NCBI GenBank assembly: GCA_010015585.1 | Contig: ML975154.1 | Length of the DNA: 64,000 nt | Origin: Eremomyces bilateralis CBS 781.70 | Taxonomy: Eukaryota | Direction: 5' to 3' (one strand) | Shown here: in pieces, positions 12,205 through 22,442 of the stretch | How the letters are laid out: each line of letters opens with the position of its first letter | Position numbering within the stretch: the stretch's first letter is position 1 | Position numbers and translations under genes: made by a program | Notes under the pieces: model-generated | The model's database searches: none | Told to the model about the DNA's origin: nothing | The model's input: only the letters and a program-made list of their open reading frames with translations

Positions 12205-14014
12205 ATGTCTTCCTCTTCATATTCAGTCATGTCCCGCGAGGCGCTTGACCTCAAAGTCCGCAATATGACTTTGCTATCGAAACCGATCATCGAGATCTAC
12301 CTGAAAGACACCTCCCGATCCGTTCATGGAACTTATGTCAGGTCGTTCTCCACCCTTGATAAGATCGAGGGCGAAGTACGTATCACGGCCAAAAATGACA
12401 CTCGTTTCGACGAGATCAACATCACCTTTGAAGGTACGTACCTAACTTCGCAAATTCCCAGTTTCCCCTCTCTTTATCCGGCGCACCCGGGGATGTCATC
12501 TGCTGCCCTGCGCCTCTGCTGGGCAGGAGCATGATATTGGCTGCCTACTTCTGTCGCTTCCTGGGCATTCTGCATGTCGGCGTGTTTGGCATATCAATAC
12601 GTCGTTCAATCGCGTCACAATACCCCGCTAACACTGCACCACAGGGGTCGCATTTACCTTTGTCGACAATATGAGCCCTATCACCACTGGTGCCACGCGA
12701 GTGGAGAAATACAGAAGATTCCTATTTCTCCGGCAACCAATCGACTACAGCACTCAAGTACCACAGCCGCGCATCATAGCCGCAGGCGCCACAGTGACGA
12801 TTCCTTTCATGTTCGTTGTGCCGCAGAAGTTACCCCTTTCCTCGTGCACGCATAAGGTTGCGAACGACCATGTCAAACTCGCGCACCTGCAAGTTCCCCC
12901 CAGCCTTGGCGACCCGGAGACATCAGGCTTCGGTGGGAGGCTCCTTGACGATTCTGCGCCGGATATGGCGAGGATCCAGTATGTGCTGAGGGTCCGTCTC
13001 TCGCGCAACCGCGATTCGGATGGCTCGGAGAATATGCTGGCGCAAAAATCAAAGAAGGTCCGCATCAAGCCGGCCGTGGACGAAGCACCACCGGTCGACG
13101 CTGATAACGACCCCGACTACATCCTTCGTTGCGAGAAGGGACTGCGTAAGTTCAGTAAGGGCAGGCTCGGTCGATTGATCATCGAGGCCGAACAGCCGCA
13201 GAGCTTCCGACTGCCCGCTTCCCCAATTGAGGACGCAGGTAGACCTGTTACGACCAAGGCGCGGGCCATACTTCGATTCGACCCGGCCTCGCCGAACGAG
13301 CAGCCGCCAAGATTGGGAAGCTTGTCAGCATTGCTGAGAGCGCACACCTTTTTCGCAGCGACCCCGAGGAACGACTTCTCGAGCAAGTCGATAATGCCAT
13401 ATGACATGTCGCAGGGACACTTCGACCGCGGCTTCAACATCTTCAATCACTGCATGGGTGGCGCCCAATGGGAACGGCACGACCCTTCCCCTTCGGACTG
13501 CAGTCGAAGCGGTTCGCACGACTCGACCAATACTCGACGAACTTCCTCTGGCTCCATCCCCGTCCCAGCTCCCTCATCCGAAAAGCCACCCAAACCAGGC
13601 TGCCCCTTCTACACCGCCGTGTTCCTCATCCCGCTCACCCTGCCAACCTCCCGCAGCTTCCCGCCCACCTTCCACAGTTGCCTCATCTCCCGCATATACA
13701 CGCTGTCCCTCGACCTGACGCTTCACGGCGTCAGCATGATGAACCCGAAACTGCATCTGCGGCTGCCGGTGCAGGTCTCGGACGAAGGGAGCAAGGACAC
13801 CATCGAGGAGCGGAGGCGGAGCGAGGTGGAAGAGCAGGAGCGCTGGGAGGGCGCGTTTGCGGCGGCGGATGAGTATTTCGCGCCGAGGCGGATCGGGCAG
13901 CCGGAGACCGAGCTGCCGGAGCAGAGAAGGGATGGGTTGCCGGGGTATGATGCGGATATTGGGGTGCGGGGAGGGGGAGGGGCGGCTAGGGGCTTAGTGA
14001 GGGCGGTTGGGTGA
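12205..14014 (+). CDS. Arrestin/Bul1-like N-terminal domain protein; intron 12434-12644
   Basis: FSTLDKIEGEVRIT...ITFEG|, FLFLRQPI, IPFMFVVP, HLQVPPSLGD, DDSAPDMARIQY, PPTFHSCLISRIYTL, C-terminal LPGY (PY-like motif). Confidence 0.8.
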
Positions 14015-15544
14015 ATGGATGAAGATGCTTCGAGGGATGATGGGATGCTGCTTCAACACTTTGGATTTGGGATCGGTTCCCTCCGTGTGGTTCTCGAGTA
14101 TGATTTCGGTTCTCTGCGGACTTGTGAAGCCTGACTGTTGGCGTTTGAGTAAGGAAACCCTGGATCGAAAACAAATGATACCCAAGCTGTTGGTCGGATA
14201 TGAAACCATCCAATGGACAAATGTTTGGAGGATTTAGGGAATGTATATCACTATAATTCAGTAATTAATGACAGACTTATATCCATCGGCCAGATGACCC
14301 CTCGACTCTTTTCAACATTCAGTGGTCGTGGAGGCATACATGCGGTTGGTAATGCGCCAGCGTTCATTGACGTTCGTCCAAGTCCGACACAGCGCAACCT
14401 ATTAACCTATCCATCCTGTGGGGGAAAGGCCACAAAGGGCCTCTAGGGTACCTCACCTTCATCATAATTTCTGTATTTGAATTGCCGAATCTTGAGTCGT
14501 CCACACAAGAGCAACTTCCAAGGAACGAAAGAAGGGGATCAAGCGGAATGATCACGTGAGATATAGGTAATATGAATTGCCTAAGTTACCTAATCAAGCA
14601 ATAATAGCCCGCCGTCCCGCCCCACTTCTACGACTTGAGAAAATAATAGCGCAGGGGTTTGAACCACCTCCTTTTACCAATGGGATTCTCGTGTTACACC
14701 TCGTATTCCGCAATTCCCTTCAATCCCAACCTTGAATTTGGATGTCGAGGATTCGCTCACCGTCGACTACAAATTCGCCTGCCTGTTCCAATATTAGACT
14801 GGCCAGATCGGCTTTCAACACCTCCCGATGATGCGGCAACAGGACAATCTTCTAGGAGATGGTGCTTCTGGTCAGGCTGATTTCTGCTTGTCAGCATACT
14901 AATCATTAATTATCTATCTTTAACGACATTTTCTGTATAAGAAGCTTCTGCCTTGTTCTAATTAGGTCTCCAGCCCAAGTAGTTGAGGTGCTGAGCCCTT
15001 GATCGCGTCGTATGGCCGGTTTGTATTACTAGTAGGTATCGCGTCCACAAGGTTTGGACATTGAAGTCACTACATGATGCTTTCCTATCTCTTACCAAAT
15101 CACACTCTGTATAACACGCGCATTGGCAATTGGTCAGTAAAGTCGATCAAATATTAGCTTTGAGGACCCCTGGAAGTCTTCATTTCCAGGCCTGTTCAAG
15201 TGTTTATGTTTAGCATGCAAGATATGCGCCACGGCATCAGAAGTGATGGTTACGTCCATGATTAGACGCACTTGCCCACTTCCCGCCGATGCAATTTGTC
15301 GAGACTGGGGATTTTGCCAATGGAAACGCCCAATGGTCAAGGCTGACCAGTCAAGGCTCACGCGATGTGCTCCAGCCTCTAGGCGTGCCTGAGCCCTGAG
15401 GGATTCTGTTGTTTGACCAATGGTTATTTGAATACTTTAACTGTCTGTCCGGCCCAAATTTTCCAGTCACAGGCGTTTCGGTGACATTTTTTCTGTCCCT
15501 TAAATTGATCGCCGTAGCTATCAGCGCGAGAGCTCACGGCCATC

Positions 15545-17650
15545 ATGAAGTTCGGCGCATCGTTTACTGTTTTGCTTGCGTCAGTTGGCGCACATGCGAG
15601 TATCTTGTTTAAAAGAGCCGAGAAAGAATGCGGCGGTATCACGGCGCCTGCAAACAATGGCGGCCGCAAAATCGGGATTGTCGTGGACAGCTCCGGTAGC
15701 ATGAGTTCGAACGATCGCTACGATCTCCGTATCGCTGCAGGTCGACAGCTAAACACCTACTTGATCCCGAGCAATGATGTTTCTTCGGGGACGAAGGAGG
15801 ATTTGGTGACAGTCGTCGACTTTGACGATGTCGCGACGTTGCTCTATCCTCTTGGTGACCCTGACGGTGCCGATGCCACATTCAGTAGCATTGACTCCAC
15901 CGGTGGAACGGACATAGCTGCAGGTGTGAGAGTGGCAATATCACAGCTGAATTCGTCGGGTCACGATCCGACCGCCGACCGTTCTGGTATCATTGTGTTG
16001 ACAGACGGATCCGATACAGACACGAAAAATCTGGTTTATGCGGTCAACAATGCTACGGCTCAGGGTATCCGTGTCTCGTTCGGATTCCTAGTCCGCAATG
16101 GCTACGGCTCCCAAAATTCCAAGGTCCTTGGAGCCATCTTTAATTCCGGCGGTCAATACGCAACCATTACCGACCCTGCCGCACAACAACGATTCATCAA
16201 CCTCGTCACCGCCAACGGTCTAACCAAGAATGACCCTTCCACGCTTCCCAAAGACATGCTGATGAACGGGCTCGCCGTCGCTGGGCGGGTCTCGGGAGAT
16301 GGGGAAGACTTCAAAACGTACTCAGCCAAGAAAGGCGAGATTCTACGATTCGCCATCAGCTCGGTCGATGCCGGTACGATTGAAGCCCGATTGTTAGCTC
16401 CGGATGGACAAGTCGAAGACGAATCAACCGTGCGTGGCACGAGCACAAGGTTTCTGGATACTACAGCGCAGAGCAATGGGGACTTCCGCATCATCGTTAA
16501 AGCATCCAACGCTCCCCAAGATGCTATGTACCTTGTTGGCGTGAATTCGTCCGCCGTTATGGGGAATTGCACGTTTAACGACGATGAAGACGGCGGGTTG
16601 TCTGTTGGTGGGAAGGCTGGGATCGGCATTGGTGTGCCCCTCGCGGTCGGACTGCTCGCGACGGGAACGTACTTCTTGTGGAAAGGCTACCAGGGAGTTC
16701 ACCCGACTGGAGCCGAGAAACCTGCCCATGGATCTATGGACGCGAGCGAAAAGGGCCCGGATGTCACCTCCTACTCAGTGGAGCAGCCTAGTCCTTTCAA
16801 CGGTGATCCAAATTTACCGGCGAATCAGGCGCTAATGGGCCATGCTCCTGGAGCGGAGCAGTCTTTCACACAGCCTCAGTACCCCGAGGGGACCGATCCG
16901 CTCTCCGCCCAAGCCAGTTCCGCCCCCCAGGCACCGCTCACGGCTGACCCGTCTTCCGTGACCCATGCTGCTCAAGGCGCCGCCGATGGGCTCAATGCTT
17001 CTCAGGGTCTCGACGCCGCCAAGGCCGCCGATGCTGCTCAAGGAGCTCTTGACGGACTGCATTCTGCCCAAGCTACCCAAGGTCTCGAGGCTGCGAAAGG
17101 CGCTGAAATAGCGCATGGCGCAATTGATGGGGCGAACGCCGCTACGGGAAGCGATCCGCTCAGCAGTGGTGCGAAGGGGGCGTCTGCAATTCAGGGCACA
17201 GTGGATGGCATCAATGCCACTTCCGCCGCACAAGGCGCCGTGGACGGAGCAAAAGCCACCGCAGCAATACATGGTGCAGGGGACGGGCTCGCGTCAGGGA
17301 CAGCGGCCGCGATCCATCCGAATGTGGGGGTCGGCATCGTTCCCATTCCCCCGCAGGGATATTCGGACAGAAAGGAGGGAAAATCGAAGTCCAAACTGCC
17401 GATCGTCGGGGGTATGTTGCGGAGGAAGAAGGTCAAAGACAATCGACAAGAAATCGAGCCACAGGTACTACCGCGGGACCAGCAAGGACCGGCGGAGATG
17501 AGCGGTATCGCCTGGCCGGCAGAGGTGGAGGGCCAAGGACCGGTGGAGATGAATGCGGAGGGGGATCGGACGGAGTTGGAGGAGCAGAGGCCGAGGAGAG
17601 AGATGGAGGCTGGGGAGGTGGCAGTGGAGATGGGGCACGAATCACGATAA
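15545..17650 (+). CDS. Single-pass membrane protein with signal peptide, von Willebrand factor A domain and low-complexity repetitive tail
   Basis: 701-aa intronless ORF; MIDAS motif IVVDSSGS, GGTDIAAG, IIVLTDG; TM segment AGIGIGVPLAVGLLATGTYFLW. Confidence 0.85.
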   Translation: MKFGASFTVLLASVGAHASILFKRAEKECGGITAPANNGGRKIGIVVDSSGSMSSNDRYDLRIAAGRQLNTYLIPSNDVSSGTKEDLVTVVDFDDVATLLYPLGDPDGADATFSSIDSTGGTDIAAGVRVAISQLNSSGHDPTADRSGIIVLTDGSDTDTKNLVYAVNNATAQGIRVSFGFLVRNGYGSQNSKVLGAIFNSGGQYATITDPAAQQRFINLVTANGLTKNDPSTLPKDMLMNGLAVAGRVSGDGEDFKTYSAKKGEILRFAISSVDAGTIEARLLAPDGQVEDESTVRGTSTRFLDTTAQSNGDFRIIVKASNAPQDAMYLVGVNSSAVMGNCTFNDDEDGGLSVGGKAGIGIGVPLAVGLLATGTYFLWKGYQGVHPTGAEKPAHGSMDASEKGPDVTSYSVEQPSPFNGDPNLPANQALMGHAPGAEQSFTQPQYPEGTDPLSAQASSAPQAPLTADPSSVTHAAQGAADGLNASQGLDAAKAADAAQGALDGLHSAQATQGLEAAKGAEIAHGAIDGANAATGSDPLSSGAKGASAIQGTVDGINATSAAQGAVDGAKATAAIHGAGDGLASGTAAAIHPNVGVGIVPIPPQGYSDRKEGKSKSKLPIVGGMLRRKKVKDNRQEIEPQVLPRDQQGPAEMSGIAWPAEVEGQGPVEMNAEGDRTELEEQRPRREMEAGEVAVEMGHESR

Positions 17651-18216
17651 GCCAAGCGAGCGGACATTTGATGGCTGATTTTCGAACTTGCTCTTCCTGA
17701 CGTTAATGATCAGGTCCGAGTCTATAACTAGCTTGATACCCCAGGTAATTCCAAGACCTGACTGAATACCGGTCGTTGTTGTTGCCAGTTGACCCGAGTG
17801 GTGAGGCTCCCCACCTCCCAGCTAGTCCTCTCCAAATCTTCAACCATCGGAGTCTCTTCCTCATTGTATTATCAATCGATTATCGATCTGACGCAGTATT
17901 TCAGCATCATCCACAAGGTAGAGGCAACGGTATTGCCGGATCTTGTAACCGCCCAGGATCAGTCAGCATCAGGATCTCGCAAGTCGCACCGATCCAAGTC
18001 CGACGTTTGCCTTAGGTGGCAACGCCAAGATCCACTCCTCCCTTGGCTGTGGACCGCGCATTCCGCTCGCCACGCGCCAACAGTGCGGCCAACGGTAAAT
18101 TTTACTGCGGTAAATATATTACCGCGAATTTTACCGTCCGAGCTTGACGGTAAACTTGGCATCGTTCATGCTTCTACGGATTAGAATGGCACTGTACAAC
18201 ATACTCTTCTTTAATA

Positions 18217-20359
18217 TTAAAACTCCTTAAATAAGATGCCTTGAACCTTCCAATCCTTCAAGCATTCGACCGCCTCTACTGCTTCCATACTGATGCTAGC
18301 ACGATCCCAACTAATCGTACGACGGCCGCCTGAAAACACTCTCTCTGGCTTGTCACTCATCGCAGGAATTGACAGGATCTCAAAGGCAAACCGTGAAAGT
18401 TGTGGAAATCGTAGTTGCTGCACTTCCTGGGCCCACCATTGAAGTGGTGTAAGTGGCTGAATGTTATACGAGGGTGATTCAGCACAATAGGAATCGTACT
18501 CATCCTGGCTTTGTGGACGACCTCTTTCACGGCGCTTTTGGCGAAGCTTTTGAAGACTCGAGAGCTCCTCAACTGGCTCGGCTGAAGATATATTCTCGTT
18601 CGATGTCTGTTCGTGCGATGGGAGGGAGGAAGGTGGTAGGTTTTTCCGAAACCTCTCCCAGAGCTGTTTAACCTTCCAATTCATTTGTTCGTCCTCTGTT
18701 GAGAGCCACTCTCCTGATTCATCCTTTTGCCAGGTCGTACGCCGTTCTGGATGAAGAATTCTTGCTGCCGCGTAATACGGAGATAGGCGAAGTCTCTCCA
18801 CGTAAGTCAAGAATTTGGCATATGAACGCTGAACTCGGATATGGTGGAGCTTAAAGTTCTTATTTATCTATAAAAGCTTTAGTATAGATTAAACGAAAGG
18901 ACGTACGACTTACGAGATATTCATCAAAATGATCATGTAAAAGATCCATACTTTCCAGCACCCGACCAAGCGTTGGCTCATTTCCTTGCATCTCAAGGGT
19001 AGCATTCTCAAAGGGTTCAAGAAAACTGGCGATCATACGAAGCTGAATCCAGTCATCCATAGAAAGAACATCAATTTTATCAATTGTTCCCTCTTTAAGA
19101 TGCTTTTCAATGTATTGCTGAACACTGATCTTGATCTTCTCTTCTAGAGAAACCTTCAACATAGTATACCAACTATTCCATCTCGTACGATTGTCCATTG
19201 GAATCAACCTCTGAGCAGCCTTCTTAAACTCCTGTGTTCGAATTGCGGACGAACGAATGTGCGAAACAATATTATGAAGCTTGCCCAAAACACCAAGTTT
19301 ATTGCGGATAAAGTTGCCTCTATCCTTTTCACCTCTTTCACTCAGCTCTGTATCCTCAGAATCTTGTTGATCGTACGATTCCAGAACAGCTTCCTCATCG
19401 CTTTGAAAGAAAAAAGCCTGAACAACAAGATTAAGGATATGTCCTTGGCAGCGAATTCTTTGCTGTGTAGGATGCCAATCAATTCGTTTCTCTTCCGCGA
19501 GGAATTGAGAGATCGACCGACATAGCGTATCATTCGTCCCAGAATTGTCGCCGATAACAGTGCCAATTTTCTCTAGGATACCGTATTCTTCAAGAATAGG
19601 TTGAAGTGTATTCCATTGAGTTTCTCCACTATGGCCATAGGTCGGACGAAGAGCAAGAAGGATATTCCAAAACTGGTCGTTTATATCAACAAATGTTCCG
19701 CAGACTGCAAGTAAAAGATATCTGTTCGGAGAGGTCCAGATATCTACAGCAAGATGGATGCTTGTTTTGGCAGATTGGAGAGCTTTTCGTACGATATCCT
19801 TTGCTTCGGGGAGAGAATCTTGGATCTTCTTTGAAATAGTAGTGTGAGAACTCGGAATGAAAGGTATTGACTCTGGATTCAATGCCGCGCAGAAGGTCCG
19901 AAATTCAGGCCATTCTCCAATCCTGAACGGAAGCTTTCGTACGATAATAAGGTCCAAAAGTGTTTGATTGATCATCTTTTCGTTGATTGTTCGCTTGAGG
20001 ACCTCCTGATTTAGGTTCTCAGCCGCATTCTCTGACATGAGCCTCGAGTATAGCGTGGAAATTGAATCCTGCGTATTCTTTGTACGAGCTTGTACGGATG
20101 AAGCAGAATCAATGTCATGTTTGCTCTTTAAGTGGGACCGAAGACCACTTGTTGAAGATGATTTGCTTGGGCAATATCTACAATAGTAGATAATATTGCC
20201 ATTTTGATCACGCTCAGGCTCATAAGGCTCTTTTGTACGAGTATGCTCATGAATTGGAGAGGATTTCTTTCGGCGGATTGGGAGAGTAGAACCTAGAGAT
20301 TCCGTCTCAAGAGTATCAATACTCTGATCTAGAATAGATTGCTCGAATTCTGAGGCCAT
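18217..20359 (-). CDS. hAT transposase (~698 aa; exons 20359-18914 and 18867-18217)
   Basis: BED zinc finger CRYC...HLKSKH; catalytic AVDIWTS and GDNSGTND; CxxH RCQGHIL; TRWNSWY; C-terminal dimerisation domain QWW...FPQLSRFAFEILSIPAMSDKPERVFS; 46-nt GT-AG intron joins the two ORFs in frame. Confidence 0.93.
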
Positions 20360-20463
20360 TATTCATGTTTAAATGTCTGTCTTCGAGTTGTATTCTAAGT
20401 TGTGCGGAATGCCAAGCTTTTACTGTGAATTACCGCGGTAACGGTAAAATTACCGCAGTAAAA

Positions 20464-20917
20464 GGCTGGTGAGATTTTCCCCCCCGTTTTGAGATTTCCC
20501 CCCCTTCAGAAGTACCAAAACCGCCGCTTTGGAAATTTACAAGGCAATATAGCCACACTTTCAACATTATTTTTAAATTCAAAACTTAGATAGAGTTCTT
20601 TAGGACTCCCTCTTGCTCCTAGACTCCGAAATTTAATCCTAATAAGTTGTGGTGTTACGTGATTTAGGATTAAAGTTATGGCAGTTTTTTCATACAACTC
20701 ACCAACTTCAGCACAAAATTAAACCACAACGCAGGGGGTATTTAGAGATCTAAAATAGTAGGCTCAGTTACCCAGGCTTTAGTATTTTTCTTAGCATTTA
20801 AAAATTATATTACTTCGAAGCTGGTGTTGAGCTGTTTGGCGTTGAAGTTGAAATGTGGTGATTTTGGTACTTCTGAGGGGGAAAATCTCAAAAACGGGGG
20901 GGAAAATCTCACCAGCC
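20464..20917. mobile_element. Non-autonomous Mutator-like MITE (454 bp) nested in the hAT subterminal region
   Basis: ~57-bp TIRs ggctggtgagattttccccccc...cagaagtaccaaaa (20464-20520) and its near-perfect reverse complement (20862-20917); perfect 9-bp TSD gcagtaaaa (20455-20463, 20918-20926); AT-rich non-coding interior. Confidence 0.9.
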
Positions 20918-20981
20918 GCAGTAAAATATTACCGTACCGTTTTACTGTGGGCAGTGGGCTTACCGTTGGCCACACTGCGGC

Positions 20982-22229
20982 GCCAAGCTGCGGCCAGGCT
21001 CACGTGCTGCTTCGACCCCGGTTCCGCTCCTATACTAACACCTAGTCACCTACTAGTCACTGCGGCCTCCTCCACCTTCGTTTCTTATCCCCACATCAGC
21101 AGAGATGGACTGACTAGACAAGAGATGGAGTAAATATTTCATGCACTGTTGATATCCGCTGATATGGAGTACCTGCAGACTGGAGTCTCTTCGCGGCCTT
21201 AATGCACGCTCTTACTCCAGGTATATGAAAGGCCCCCATCATATATTCTTCCAACCCCCTATCTCCGACGAATCGGCCTTGACGGTTGATTGTGCTCGGT
21301 ATTACATGGCCAAGAGGATTCCCAAGAGCCTCAGCCCTTGGCCCTCGGAGCGAATGCGGGCGAAGTTGTTGCGTCATAGCGTCTGATGGTTCTTAATCTG
21401 AAAAATCAAAAACTGCATGTAGGAGGAAATAGGAATCTTATCAGGCTATCACGCAAGACCTCTGTGCTACAGGTAGCCATCAAGCTCGCCCATAGGTCGA
21501 GCTTGCCTGTTTGCGTTTCCGTCCCTTCCGGTGGAACTCCCCATATGTCTGCCGAACCTTCTTGCCAAGCCTTGTCGTCCATCAACGACCTTTCCCCTCC
21601 ACTTGCTCTTGCTACGCCATCTAGAAGCTCTAAAGGCGTTCTTACAGCTACGAGCCAACGCCTTACCAGGGAAAGCTCTTTCACATTGATCCAATGACGT
21701 GATTGTATGGTAATGGACAAGTTCATGCCTGGACTGGCGATTCACAACGACATTATGCCGAATATTCCGTGCAAACGGCAGTCTCTAACTAGACATACAT
21801 TCACCGCGACAGTGACAATCGCCGCTGTATGCCAACTCGCCAAGGATGATGCTGGAGCAGAGTCTGGGACCTTGACCGGGATGGTTCTTGTTCTCCAAGG
21901 AGGACAAGAATTCTAAGGCCTTGACACTCCTTGTAGACCGGGTCCACGTGAGAGAGAAAGTGGGGATGGGGAAGGATGGAGTGATAATTGTGGTTCTTTG
22001 TTGTGGAGGAAACCAAACATTCTTGTAATTAAGGTACAAGGTGACACACGTTTTTGCTGAGGAATACCTAGATGTCGGAACGGCTTGGCATACTGCACAA
22101 ACCGCGCCTCAAGTCACTCAAGTGCCCTCAACACCTTGCTTCGGGAGGCGAATTTCATCCTTGTGGGGCAATTGAGACTCAGAGACATGTCTCTGGGGAT
22201 ATTATAAGTATCTAGTACCCCCCGCCAAG
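20982..22229 (+). promoter_or_regulatory. Putative ENA promoter with PacC (GCCARG) sites, Crz1-like GAGGC motifs and a TATA-like element
   Basis: GCCARG or its complement at 20982, 20993, 21309, 21564, 21839, 22084, 22224; gcctc 22106, gaggcg 22145; tataag 22203; fungal ENA genes are known PacC/Crz1 targets. Confidence 0.55.
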
Positions 22230-22270
22230 ATTGGGTTCATGTCGTCTCTCAAACTGCCAATTGACCATTA

Positions 22271-22304
22271 CTCTCACTCACTCTCACTCACTCTCACTCA
22301 CTCT
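22271..22304. repeat. 10-bp tandem repeat (CTCTCACTCA) x3.4 upstream of ENA
   Basis: ctctcactca ctctcactca ctctcactca ctct. Confidence 0.9.
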
Positions 22305-22442
22305 GAACCAAACAATCCAAAGTTAATCATCTTGAGGTGGTGATTTCACATTCCTCCCATGAAACCAGTGATCAACGTCATAACCAACCAACCATTACCT
22401 ACAGCAAAACGCAAGTTTTATTTCCTTCGATCGTGAGCTTTG

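Larger units (their letters stand above)
18081..20977 (-). mobile_element. Complete hAT-superfamily DNA transposon (Restless/Tfo1-like)
   Basis: 18-bp TIRs cagtgcggccaacggtaa (18081) and ttaccgttggccacactg (ends 20977), 1 mismatch; subterminal TTACCG/CGGTAA repeats; flanks cgcgccaa and cggcgccaa (8-bp TSD, right copy with one extra G); encodes transposase. Confidence 0.95.

Noticed and set aside
21114..22098. Short minus-strand ORFs between the hAT and ENA
   Set aside because: No family similarity; region better explained as ENA promoter
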